Source: Octopus bimaculoides
Taxonomy: Eukaryota
NCBI RefSeq assembly: GCF_001194135.2
Contig: NC_068989.1
Location: 82,223,733 to 82,270,666, forward strand
DNA: 46,934 bases
Reading direction: 5' to 3'
A program made the translations under genes and the position numbers. A model generated the notes under the pieces. The model was given only the letters and a program-made list of their open reading frames with translations, was not told where the DNA came from and did not search any database. Shown here one piece after another: positions 23,452-35,430 of the stretch. The first letter of the stretch is position 1. Each line of letters starts with the position of its first letter.

Positions 23452-23667
23452 AATGTATGTATATGTGTGTATGTATGTATGTATGTATGTATGTACATAT
23501 GTAGGATAGGCTTCTTTCAGTTTCTATCAACAAAATACACTCACAAGGTTTTTGTTGGCTCAAGGCTATAATAAAAGATACTTGTCCAAGGTGCCATGCT
23601 GGGAGACTGAACCCAGGACCATGTGGTTGGGAAGCAAACGTCTTACCAAACAGTCACACCTGCACCT
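23150..23667 (-). mobile_element. SINE family A with a long internal microsatellite
   Basis: cttttacttgtcccagtcagatatgtggccatgttggagc...cttgtccaaggtgccatgctgggagactgaacccagg. Confidence 0.9.
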
Positions 23668-24339
23668 GTGGTTCAGAAAACACTGTTTTTTAAGCAGCAA
23701 AATCTTGTAACTAGAAAGAATGTGGAACAATAAGTCTTGTAAGTGTTAGAAAGTCAGTGATAAGATGTGTTAATCCTCTGTCAGGTTGTTATTAAACACT
23801 AATGGAACATTGTTTAGCAAAGTGCAATGAAGTCAGTAGGCAAATGGTGAAGTTGTAATCATCAGTTGTTAGTGGTTAAGCTACAAGACAAAAGCTGCTA
23901 TAGAAATGTCAGTTAATTCTCTATCAAAGGGAGCAGCCACTAACAACCAGTTACCTACCTGCCTTGGCCATCCTAATTACAGTTTCCTTAATTATATCTC
24001 ACAGCAATTGTCATATATTAACGACATAGTTGACAAATATTTTTCCAGTGTCAAATACGAGGCGCTTTACACTGGTGTAACAATGAGTTTATCAACCAGA
24101 GCACGTTGTGAGACACATCAGAGTTAATATCTGGTTGGTGTTGCTGTTTAACCAAAGGTCAACCATGATTCAACAGACCAATGATCAAAGACGTTCCACT
24201 TATGGCTGTCCCAAATTTTGTATGTAGACATAGTGTATCTCAAACCATATAAACTAATGTGTAATAAATATAGTTGTAGTTTCACTCCAGCTCAACACTG
24301 GAACAAATGATATAGACTTGTGATCATAATTTTTCATAT

Positions 24340-24360
24340 ATGTATGTACGTATGAATGTA

Positions 24361-24435
<75 letters not shown>

Positions 24436-25380
24436 NNNNNNNNNNNNNNNNNNNNNNNNNNNNNNNNNNNNNNNNNNNNNNNNNNNNNNNNNNNNNNNNN
24501 NNNNNNNNNNNNNNNNNNNNNNNNNNNNNNNNNNNNNNNNNNNNNNNNNNNNNNNNNNNNNNNNNNNNNNNNNNNNNNNNNNNNNNNNNNNNNNNNNNNN
24601 NNNNNNNNNNNNNNNNNNNNNNNNNNNNNNNNNNNNNNNNNNNNNNNNNNNNNNNNNNNNNNNNNNNNNNNNNNNNNNNNNNNNNNNNNNNNNNNNNNNN
24701 NNNNNNNNNNNNNNNNNNNNNNNNNNNNNNNNNNNNNNNNNNNNNNNNNNNNNNNNNNNNNNNNNNNNNNNNNNNNNNNNNNNNNNNNNNNNNNNNNNNN
24801 NNNNNNNNNNNNNNNNNNNNNNNNNNNNNNNNNNNNNNNNNNNNNNNNNNNNNNNNNNNNNNNNNNNNNNNNNNNNNNNNNNNNNNNNNNNNNNNNNNNN
24901 NNNNNNNNNNNNNNNNNTATACATATATACATACACACCTATACACATACAATATATACGTTTATATACATACATGTATTATATATACGTTTATATACAT
25001 ACATGTATTATATATACGTACATACATGTATATGCATATATACATATATATATACACATACATATATATATACATACATACATATATATATACACATACA
25101 TATATATATACATACATACATGTATATATATACATACATACATGTATATGCATATATACATATATATATACACATACATATATATATACATACATACATG
25201 TATATACATACATACATGTATATATATACATACATACATGTATATATATATACATATATATATATACATACATGTACATATACATATGTGTATGTAGATG
25301 TGTGTATGTGTGTGTACATACATACACACACACAGGTGTGTGTACACATGCACGCACACACACTCACACACACAGACATA
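24340..25380. repeat. Large compound (TG)n / (TA,CA,TACA)n microsatellite with an internal gap
   Basis: Directly visible; source of the many YI/TH pseudo-ORFs. Confidence 0.95.
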
Positions 25381-25912
25381 TACATTAACTTCCAAACAGT
25401 GTCCATATCCACCAAATTCCTCGCACAAGGTGAGTAGCAATCCAAGGCTGTAGTAGAAGACATTTGCCCAAAGCGCCATGAAACAGAATTGAAGCAGAAT
25501 GATTACAAGAAACAATTCAATAGGGAATGGCTCATAAAGAGCAATAACAAAATATGTGATAATAATAGCCAGGCTAGAAACAGGCAACTCCTGTAAGATT
25601 TCATTTCGATGAGTTCAAGAGCTGCATTACATTTGACCAAATCATCTACAACAATCTAAATTGCTGATGAAATCTTTAAAATAGTGAAGCCTTACAGGTG
25701 ATGCTTATGTATATAAATAGATTTAACGACATTGGTTTCTGGGTTTCTATTTCTGTTGTGGCCATTGTGCTGATAAGACTGCTGTGATGGTGGCTTGATA
25801 AAATGCACCTGGCCTTGCATTATCACAGAGCTTAACAGCAGAGAATATATTGAACTAAAATAAGCTCACACACACACACACAAACGCCCACACATATATA
25901 TGATGAGTATAT

Positions 25913-26898
25913 AGGTGCAGGAGTGGCTGTGTGGTAAGAAGCTTGCTTCTTGCTTTGCAACTACATGGTTCCAGGTTCAGTCCCACTGCATGGCACCTTG
26001 GGAAAGTGTCTTCTACTATAGCCTTGGGTTGACCAAATCCTCATGAGTGGTTTTGGCAGACGGAAACTGAAAGAAGCCTGTTGTGTGTGTGTGTGTGTGT
26101 GNNNNNNNNNNNNNNNNNNNNNNNNNNNNNNNNNNNNNNNNNNNNNNNNNNNNNNNNNNNNNNNNNNNNNNNNNNNNNNNNNNNNNNNNNNNNNNNNNNN
26201 NNNNNNNNNNNNNNNNNNNNNNNNNNNNNNNNNNNNNNNNNNNNNNNNNNNNNNNNNNNNNNNNNNNNNNNNNNNNNNNNNNNNNNNNNNNNNNNNNNNN
26301 NNNNNNNNNNNNNNNNNNNNNNNNNNNNNNNNNNNNNNNNNNNNNNNNNNNNNNNNNNNNNNNNNNNNNNNNNNNNNNNNNNNNNNNNNNNNNNNNNNNN
26401 NNNNNNNNNNNNNNNNNNNNNNNNNNNNNNNNNNNNNNNNNNNNNNNCGTATAAGAAGGGATGACCACTAAGTGGACATTCAATATGCTAGAAAGGGGTC
26501 ATCAATGACCCAACCACTGTTTGCTGAATTTTTTCTAGAGAACATTATTTTCTTTGTGGTTAGGTCATTGATGACCTCTTTCTAGCATATCGGATGTCCA
26601 CTTAGTGGTCATCACTTCTTATACGCATATATATGTATATATATATATGTATGTAGATAGATAAATAGGTAGATAGATAGATATGTATTTGTGTGTCTGT
26701 GTTTGTCCCCACACCATCGCTTGACAACTGATTTGGTGTGTTTACATCCCTGTAACTTAGCGGTTTGGCAAAAGAGACCGATAAAATAAATACTAGGCTT
26801 ACAAATAATAAGTCTTGGGGTCAATCTGTTTGACTAAAGGCAGTGCTCCAACATGGCTGCAGTCAAAATGACTGAAACCAGTAAAAGAATAAAAGAAT
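25913..26898 (+). mobile_element. SINE family A with a gap and a foldback element inside its microsatellite
   Basis: aggtgcaggagtggctgtgtggtaagaagcttgc...ggttccaggttcagtccc...; tail ccaacatggctgcagtcaaaatgactgaaaccagtaaaaga. Confidence 0.9.
26448..26627. mobile_element. Foldback/MITE-like palindromic element, copy 2 (left arm internally deleted)
   Basis: cgtataagaagggatgaccactaagtggac...gtccacttagtggtcatcacttcttatacgca-TA. Confidence 0.85.
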
Positions 26899-27136
26899 AT
26901 CAGTACTTGTACTACCAAAATGTAAACCAATGATGATAAACTGAATGCAGTACATATGTGTGTGTGCATATATATGTATATGTGTGTGCATGTATATATG
27001 TATGCGTATGTGTGTTTATGGATATGTGTACGTATGTGTATGTGTATATAAATGGATATACATAAATATGCATGTATGGACATGCATATTTATTTAGGAG
27101 TTGCAGTTCTACTGGGAAAATCCCAAATTTGTAATA

Positions 27137-27184
<48 letters not shown>

Positions 27185-27602
27185 AATTCTCTAAATGAAG
27201 TATTAACAGTAACTGCACGATAAAGTGTAGTATATTGNNNNNNNNNNNNNNNNNNNNNNNNNNNNNNNNNNNNNNNNNNNNNNNNNNNNNNNNNNNNNNN
27301 NNNNNNNNNNNNNNNNNNNNNNNNNNNNNNNNNNNNNNNNNNNNNNNNNNNNNNNNNNNNNNNNNNNNNNNNNNNNNNNNNNNNNNNNNNNNNNNNNNNN
27401 NNNNNNNNNNNNNNNNNNNNNNNNNNNNNNNNNNNNNNNNNNNNNNNNNNNNNNNNNNNNNNNNNNNNNNNNNNNNNNNNNNNNNNNNNNNNNNNNNNNN
27501 NNNNNNNNNNNNNNNNNNNNNNNNNNNNNNNNNNNNNNNNNNNNNNNNNNNNNNNNNNNNNNNNNNNNNNNNNNNNNNNNNNNNNNNNNNNNNNNNNNNN
27601 NN

Positions 27603-27946
27603 ATATTTCCGTGCTGGTGCCACGTAAAAAGCACCATTTGAGTGCAATCATTTCCAGCTTCGCCTTACTGGCACTTGTGCCGGTGGCATGTGAATAAAAC
27701 ATTGGGCTAACTCCTGTGCAGGTGGCACGTAAAGAACACCATTTGAGCGTGGGCCGTTGCCAGTACCACCTGACTGGGCCTCGTGCCGGTGGCATGTAAA
27801 AAGCACCCAATACACTCTCTGAGAGGTTGGCGTTAGGAAGGGCATCCAGCTGTAGAAACTCTGCCAGATCAGATTGGAGCCTGGTGTAGCCATCTGGTTC
27901 GCCAGCCCTCAGTCAAATCGTCCAACCCATTAAATGATGATGATGA
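27603..27946 (+). mobile_element. Long family C element with GC-rich sub-repeats
   Basis: Repeated ggtggca(c/t)gt units, then aaagcacccaatacactctctgagaggttggcgttaggaagggcatccagctgtagaaac and a (tga)n tail. Confidence 0.9.
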
Positions 27947-28099
27947 TATATAATCAACAACATTTAACATTCATTGTCCATGCTTGCATGGGTCATATAT
28001 TAGGATGATAGGACAGATTTTAGAAGAGCCAGATGCCCTTCCGATCACAAACTCCCACTTATTTCTGAGTGAGGTAATAATCTTCCAGTCCATACCAAA

Positions 28100-28800
28100 T
28101 AAGGTATAGGGCTTAGTGATGGTGTAATAGTGGTGGTGGTTCTGAAAGTGTAGTAATGTTGCAGAATGTAGTGGCGATGTGTTAGAGGTAGTAGTGGTCG
28201 TCGTCATAGGATACTGTAGTGATGGAAACTGTTAATGGATGGCTGCAATGGTGTGATAGTCAGCTGCAAGGGGTAGTGTAACTGGGGGGGGGGGGTAATG
28301 GCTATAGAGCCATGGTGGGGTTTACAAACATTGGCCCTATATGTTTGGCAAGGCACTGTTAGATAAATGAAGCAGGACATGTGTAGTGATGTTGATAAGA
28401 ACAGTGAGAGAAAGCAACTGGTGTTGAGCCAAAGCAATTGGGAAGTGAGTTTGGTAGTTTAATGATGCCAAGATCAAGTCTTCTGAAGCCAGAATATATT
28501 AATACATTTGATGATGGTGGTGTGGTGGTGGTGGTTATGACAATGATGATGATGATGGTGGTCGTGGTGGTGATATTAATGGCTGGGTAGTAGTGGTGAT
28601 GATGGTGGTGATGGTGATGATGTTAATGATGGGGTGGTAGTAGTAGTAATGATGATGGTGGTGGTGGTGTTATTAATGGTGGGGTGATGATGACGTCTGG
28701 TGATGGTGGTGGTGGTGGTGATAGTGGCAGTGATGGATGATTGTGAAGATGGTGGAAATGATGATGGTGTTAGTGATGGTGGTGATGATGATGGAAACAA
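28100..28800. repeat. (GGT/GAT/AGT)n low-complexity trinucleotide tract
   Basis: Directly visible; interrupted by unique sequence at about 28290-28500. Confidence 0.8.
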
Positions 28801-29151
28801 GACTTGTATGCATCAGTAGAATTATGTCTAAATCTTACTTAAAACTATGAATATATTGTTAAGATAAAGAAATATTTAGCACCTTTCAACACTGTTACAT
28901 TTATCAACATCAACTTCGTCATCATTATAATCATTATTATTATTATTAATATCATTACTTTATTTTATCAACCCTGGAGGAGTGAAAGGCGTGGTTGACC
29001 TTGGGGAGGAGTTCAAATCCCACCAAGGTTAACCTTGCCTTTCATCCATCCAAGGTCAATAAAATAAAGTATAATTCCTGTACTAGGATTATGGTATGAA
29101 CAAAACCCCTTCCCTCAAAATTACTTTCCTTGTACCTATACCAAAAGCTGT

Positions 29152-29691
29152 TATTATTATTATTATTGAATGAGAGAGCAGTGCATGCCATCAAAGTGAC
29201 ACTGGGGTTAAATATTCGAAGCCCAGTATACCCATCATAACTACCCATCTGATAAGGGTACACCAGGCACATGCATCACAACCATATGTGCGTAACATGG
29301 TGATCCCATATCACGATAAACAGCGCATGACCTTGCAGGTGGGGCCCAGTTAGAATTTTCTTAAGCTTGAGTAGCCCATCCCGCTCAAAAGGTTCCTGAA
29401 TAAGGTTTGTTTAAGGATGTTGAGCAAACCACCAATGTTTCCAAAGGTGAATTATTCAAACCTCAAAGAATTCCTCTCAACACATGGTTATGATGTTCCC
29501 CCACTACTTCTGCTCATGATCAGAGATGCACATAGCGTCAGCCACTAAGGGACATGCTCAACTGGTTAAGGTCAAACAACTGACAAGCAAAGCAGAATAT
29601 TTGCTGTAGCCCATCTTTTATACCAAGACAAAATAATGTACATGATAAAACTTCCAATCAATTAAGATCAGAAGTCATGAGAGCCACTGTC
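29152..29691 (-). mobile_element. Probable non-autonomous retroposon (family D) with an (AAT)n tail
   Basis: About 530 bp ending gcatgcactgctctctcattcaataataat on the minus strand, next to a SINE B (ATT)n tail; single copy here and recognised from memory only. Confidence 0.5.
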
Positions 29692-29714
29692 TATCATCAT
29701 CATCATTTATTTCC

Positions 29715-29815
29715 TGAGGTTGACTTTGCCTTTCATCCTTTTGGGGTTGACGAAATAAGTACCAGTTACACACTGGGGTCGATGTAATCAACTTGCCTTC
29801 TTCTCCAAAATATAC
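29715..29815 (+). mobile_element. SINE family B fragment
   Basis: gaggttgactttgcctttcatccttttggggttgacgaaataagtaccagttacacactggggtcgatgtaatc. Confidence 0.85.
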
Positions 29816-30661
29816 CACTGTGTAAAATTAAATTCTATTTAATTAAAATAATCCACTTTTTATTATAATTCTTTTTTTTTTTCTTTATTCTGTTGAAGTG
29901 AATCTAAAGGGTTTTGTGTGTGTTTTTAAATGGCCTATAAACACCTTCCATGCTGCAATTGTCTTTGTTTTGTTTTTAATTTTAAAAAACATGCAAAAGT
30001 GGGATGCAATTGTAAAATGTCATTTTGGTGAGAAAAGATGATGTAGAAAATACCGAAAAGCACTTATCTAGATATAAAGTCTAAACATTGATTAATATAG
30101 TGTGTAAACAGACATTGATCTAGAGAGCATGTACAAAGCTTCAAGATGTTTCCGTGAAAGGCGATCTTATGTGTAAACTCACACAAATCATTTAAAGTGA
30201 CATAATGTAAGAAATTATACATAAGCCATTAAAATCTAGAACAGTTAATAAAATGTGACTCAAGATTGAACTGCACACCTTTATGTCTCCTCTTTCTCTT
30301 TCATACAAAGATACATTACATGAACATATGTATGATTAGATTACTCAACATAGCATACTAATGTTTACCACATAAATAAATTATATGTGTACACACAAAC
30401 ACACACATATATAAATACATATACACACACATAGAGAGGTATGTGTGTGTGCGCATTTACCTGTATACACATACATTTGCATAAGCAGATACATGCATAC
30501 ATGTGTTTACAAACACAGGTATACACATACACACACACTTATAAGTGTAATTACTCATACATTTATCACGCAAATAAATATACTTGTGAGCATATTCAGA
30601 CATGCATGTATTTACAAGGAGACACACAAAGACAAATAAGATATATTTACTTATAGTTGTT

Positions 30662-30713
<52 letters not shown>

Positions 30714-30944
30714 AATTCTGGGAAAATGACACAAAAGCATGACCAATACACATTCCATAGAGTAAAAGCACATAATGGTCTATTTTTGAATGCACAGTTG
30801 TTGAATATAATACATTGTCTATTATTATTCAAATAAAGAGGAAGGGAGGGAGGAGGAGGAGAAGAAAACCACAGAGACATTTATTAAATCTTGTACAGTC
30901 TTGTACATGGAAGGCACTTTATCACTGTCCCCTTAAGTGTTAAT

Positions 30945-31140
30945 TGTTGTTGATTGGCCTCGGGCTGGCTCTGATTAAGCAAACATATGCTCAAAAACAT
31001 TCCAGACATGATCATCCAGATTTATTTTTTAAAAAGATGGTATAACCAGGACAACATTAGCCTGATGGAAAGGGTGTGAGTTGAGAAAGTTTTGGTTGGT
31101 ATTTCTAGCAAAATGAGTTCCTTCTTGGAGGTTTCCTCAT
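30945..31140 (+). mobile_element. Repeat family F, diverged
   Basis: ggcctcgggctggctctgattaagcaaac...cattccagacatgatcatcc...gggtgtgagttgag...tatttctagc. Confidence 0.5.
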
Positions 31141-31286
31141 TGGTTTATGAAAGGTGGAAGATAAAGATAGAAAACTGTAAAATCTCTGTTTTATATTGAT
31201 TTCCCGATCCTTTATGGTCAAATTTAGATAGAAGATACCAGTGGACAATAATGGACACAACTAAAATATCTCTTACTTGTTCCTAG

Positions 31287-31321
31287 ATAAAGTGATGAAG
31301 AAATATGAAAATGCTCATGTT
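31287..31321 (+). CDS. Candidate 35-nt internal exon (xKVMKKYENAHV), gene unknown
   Basis: tctcttacttgttcctag acceptor and GTAAGT donor; only the phase-1 frame is open; no homology recognised. Confidence 0.2.
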
Positions 31322-32414
31322 GTAAGTATGTATAAGCTCTGAGAGAATGCTAAATAATTCTTTTTTGGAAAAGCAGAACTCAAAGCACACAAAGCTATAA
31401 ATAAAAGTGTGTAAATACTGAGTTAAAAAAAACCTTTGGATAAAAAAAAGTTGAAGGCTGTCCATGAGACTTGAACCCACATCTCCTGTAAGCATGACAG
31501 GTGTTTATGTACAATTATTTATAGATTTTGTGTGCTTCAAAATCCACTGTTTGAAATCCACTTCAAAAAACAAAAGTAAAATATTTCATGAGAATGTGTT
31601 TCCTTATTGTCTATGTTATTGATTAACTTTTAACTTCATGTATCACACAGTACCAGACAAGACTACATCGGTCAGCCTGTCCTGAAATGTATGTTATAAC
31701 GAGAGTCATACTCATTTTGTTTACTTTCATTTTGAAGGTTGTGAGTGACTCTCTATAGGGTAAGATAAAAAGCTGAAATCTGTTTTATGATTTATTTCAA
31801 TTCTGTTACAGGATCATTACAGGAGCAGAGGGGAGGGGCGATTTTGATTTGGAAAATTTCCAAGACGTTAAGAGTTAATTTATTATTTGATTGTGGGTGT
31901 TTAATTACGAGTATGTATGTAGGAGAGTGTGTTTAATTATGTGTTTATGTGGTGTTGTGTGTATGTGGAACAGCTTGTACATAAGTGTGTGTGTTGTTTA
32001 AATATTACAGGAGAGGATAGGAGGTAGGTATGGTGGGGTGGTTGTTAGGTAGAATCATGTAAGGAAATGGCAGTATTTTTTTTACAAAAGTAAAGCCTCC
32101 ATAATGTTGTTGTGACATTTACAAATGGTCAACTGTAAATATTTAGTAAAGAAAAACTGGGTTATTGATAAGTATTCCAGATATTTTTACACAGTGGCAT
32201 TTGTTGTTGCGGTGGTAGTGGTGGTGGTGGTTGTTATTCCAAAAGAAGTTATTGTTGCTGTCCTCCAAATACAAGCTCAATGTTACAGCACCAGCCAGCT
32301 TCTGAGAATTTAACAAATGAAGACAATATCTTGGGAAAATTTGGCAGAATTAATTACATTTCATTGCCAAATATGATTCCACATCAAAACTACAGCTCTT
32401 TTGGAATTGGATAG

Positions 32415-32950
32415 CTGATGTGTTACACATTGACACCTTGTATGCTATAGGGACATCTGGTTTGTTACACAAAGACATCTGGCATGAGTAACACACTGAC
32501 ATCTAATATAAAATATAGTGATACCTGGTGTGTTACACACTAACATTCCATAAGCTGTATATACATCTGGTGTGTTGCACGCTGATGTTTCGTGCAGCAG
32601 AGTAACATGTAGTATTGTATATTTTTTTTACCATTTTCTCAGGGAGGAAAAGGCAGTGCCCACCATCCTTTTCTTTAGAGAACCTTAGAGATTCAATGGA
32701 GGAAAAGAGAAAGTTCTCAAACCAGAGATCTACACAAAATGCTTGCAGCAGAAGTTACAGATGTTCCACAGAAGTTAGTTTTAAACAGTCACATGTGTTA
32801 CACAGTGACATCAGTGGTGTGATATTTTGTGTGTTGCACAGTTATGCAGTAACATCTCATGTTATACATACAATGATATCTGGCATGTTGCACAATGACA
32901 TCTAGTGTGTTACTCAGTGATATCTCATATGATATATAGTGATATCCACT
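32415..32950. repeat. Degenerate ~22-bp minisatellite (gacatctggtgtgttacacagt) interrupted by unique sequence at about 32615-32790
   Basis: Recurring gacatct/gatatct...tgttacac motifs on both sides of the unique block. Confidence 0.7.
32643..32773 (+). CDS. Candidate 131-nt exon (xRKRQCPPSFSLENLRDSMEEKRKFSNQRSTQNACSRSYRCSTE), gene unknown
   Basis: Strong polypyrimidine acceptor ttttttttaccattttctcag, weaker donor GTTAGT, open in phase 1; no homology recognised. Confidence 0.2.
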
Positions 32951-33131
32951 ATATAACTCAGTATCAAATGAAGTTGCTATTGTTGTTAGTGGTAACCATT
33001 AACCGATATATCCCACCCTAAAGATTTTAAGGCATGATTTGAAGGTCTGACTGTTATTTCTAGCAGGTTGAAAGACCATGTAGAGTAAGAGTTCAGAATC
33101 ATTTTAATATTGAGGTGGGGGGTGAATTACA

Positions 33132-33205
33132 AGTACATAAGGACTCCTGGAGTCACATTTGTGTTGAGGACAATGCAGATGTGACTCCAGTGATCTTTTT
33201 GTACT
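33132..33205 (+). ncRNA. Candidate pri-miRNA-like hairpin
   Basis: 35-position stem with 3 mismatches and 5 G-U pairs, 4-nt loop; structure worked out by hand. Confidence 0.3.
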
Positions 33206-33214
33206 CAAGGACAA

Positions 33215-33327
33215 TAATGCATCATTTGGGCAAGTGCCTTCTACGGTAGCCCCAGATCAACCAAAGCCTTGTGAATGAATTTGGTAGACAGAAACTAAAA
33301 GAAAGCCATGGCATACATGTGTGTGTG

Positions 33328-33359
<32 letters not shown>

Positions 33360-33550
33360 ATAGTGTTTGTACTTGTCCCCTACCACTGCTTGACAACTGG
33401 TGCTGGTTTAAGTCCGCATAACTTAGCAGTTTGGGATTAGAGAATGATGGAATACCAGACTCTATCAAATAAGTCCTGGAGTCAAACCCTTCAAGGCAGT
33501 GTCGCAGCCTGGCTAAGGTCCAATGATTGAAACAAGTAAAAGATAAAAGA
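33215..33550 (+). mobile_element. SINE family A, diverged, head missing
   Basis: tttgggcaagtgccttctacggtagcc...ccaaagccttgtgaatgaatttggtagacagaaact...gaaacaagtaaaagataaaaga. Confidence 0.8.
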
Positions 33551-34195
33551 TATGAAATTTATATTAAATTAACTATTTAATATAATTTTCATAACCTTTA
33601 TTAATACTAAAGGTTTTCAGAGAATTTATTTGAGGATGACATCAGATCTAAATATGGGCAAAATGTTGAGCACAAGCAGGAGAATCCCTACTTCTGACAT
33701 ACCAGAGCCTTTATAGGTGACTCATGAGGGTGAAGTTATATTTGGTCGGGTAGTATAGTTTGTATTTCTTTTTATATATTGGTTTAATCTAGAGGTGAGA
33801 GCTGTCCTGTGGCTTTCACACTCCATGGGAGATGATGTCATTAGTGTCTGGCTTTAACTGTTGCTACATAAATAACTAGGACAGCTGGTATACAAGACAG
33901 CTGTACAGAACCAAATACATACCAAGGTAGGCAATGCTGTGCAGTTGAAAGTTCAATGGCAATACAAGGTGTGTTAAGTTAGGGTTGATAGTTTAAAATC
34001 AGTGTAACTGTATGAGCAGATGTTTTGTGAAATGGTTAGTGTGATGTTGCAGGAAAACATACTTATTATTTAACTAATTACAGATTAGACTGTGGAGAAT
34101 GAAATTGGCACAGAGAAATTAAAATCTAAATCTAAATAATGGTAACAACTATATTCACTTAATATTTTTCTAATTAGTAGATATATGTAATAATC

Positions 34196-34242
<47 letters not shown>

Positions 34243-34546
34243 CACACAGGAAGGAAAAGCAAATAGACAGATGGCTATGTGTGAGTGTGTGGGAGAGACA
34301 TATAGAATCACACAGGAAGGAAAGGCGAACAGCCAGATGGCTATGTGTGTGTGTGTGTGTGTATGTGTGTGTGTGTATGTGAGCGTGTACATATATAATT
34401 TCACTATTTCACTTGATCATATTTAATGTATATAACATTTAAGTACGTTTCAAACATATTAAAAGCATTGGAACAAAAATAGTAGTGTTTGGCATTATGG
34501 CTAAACATTTTGTTGACAATTTATAAATTTTGCTTAGTCTATATAC

Positions 34547-34701
34547 CAAACATGGGCAACCTTTTTTTTTTTTTGAGAAGTAGGCCACATGAGACATGGA
34601 TCGTTGTCAAGCAGGATGCACTACTTAAAGATAATTCAAGGTAATTTTTCTTTAGCTGTGTCACTGAGAAAGAACTGCAGGCCACAGTTTATCCATTACT
34701 G
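34547..34701. mobile_element. Short hAT-type MITE, second copy (inverted relative to 4342-4489)
   Basis: caaacatgggcaacc...ggccacatgagacatgg...aaggtaattttt...cacagtttatccattactg. Confidence 0.7.
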
Positions 34702-35086
34702 CTTATATATCAACAATGTTAAGTTAAGTATTTCATGTGTGTGTGTGTGTGTCTGTGTGTGTGAGTGAGTGAGAGAGCCAGAAGACATGCAGGCTAGTGG
34801 TTAGGGTAGGGGTTCTAAACCATTTCTTATCTATTGACTCCTTTGATTACTCTTTAATTCTAGTGGGCCCTGTAGCCATTCAACGTTTAAAAACTAGTTT
34901 TATAGAAACTTCTTTCAAAATTCCTATTATATTATTCACACATTTACTTGTGCAGGTTGAACTATGTAAAGTGTTAGAGAAAGAAACCTAGCTGTTTTTT
35001 GCAATATACACCAATACACACATCTGAAGTAAAATTTTTCCAGGGACCCATAAAATATTATTATGAATAGGCCCTAACCCTAACCT

Positions 35087-35430
35087 CCACTGTGTGGCAT
35101 TTTGGGCAAGTGCCTCCTGCTAGTCTCGAACCAACCAAAGCCTTGTGAGTGGATTTGGTAGACAGAAACTGAAAGAGGCCCATCATATATATATATATAA
35201 GTATATTTCTCTGTGTGTGAGTTTGTGTTTGTCCTCCTCCACCACTGCTTGACAACTGATGCTGGTGTGTTTATTTCTCTGTAACTTAACGGTTCAACAA
35301 AAGAGACCGATAGAATAAGTACTAGGCTTACAAAAAATAAGTCCTAGGAGTGGTTTCTTCAACTAATACCCTTAAGGTGGTGCTCCAGCATGGTCGCAGT
35401 CAAATGATTGAAACAAGTAAAAGAATAAAA
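35087..35430 (+). mobile_element. SINE family A
   Basis: ccactgtgtggcattttgggcaagtg...ggtggtgctccagcatggtcgcagtcaaatgattgaaacaagtaaaag. Confidence 0.9.

Noticed and set aside
24254-25587. Many long ORFs (up to 365 aa)
   Set aside because: Made of N-runs and TA/CA microsatellite (YIYI/THTH); not coding.
31455-31505. tRNA-like fragment on the minus strand (cctgt-catgctt-acagg stem, GGTTCAAGT)
   Set aside because: No D-arm or 5' acceptor strand, and a non-canonical anticodon loop; at most a SINE-head relic.
32125-32313. ORF containing VIDKYSRYFYTVAFVV, resembling Cys-loop receptor TM4
   Set aside because: Lacks the conserved FP and YW residues; the hydrophobic run is a GTG microsatellite; no other receptor exons were found.
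33621-33697. Possible terminal exon xNLFEDDIRSKYGQNVEHKQENPYF*
   Set aside because: Modest acceptor, only about 25 codons, no homology, and phase-incompatible with the candidate exon ending at 32773.
35071-35085. ccctaaccctaacc telomere-like motif
   Set aside because: Only about two units; not an interstitial telomeric array.
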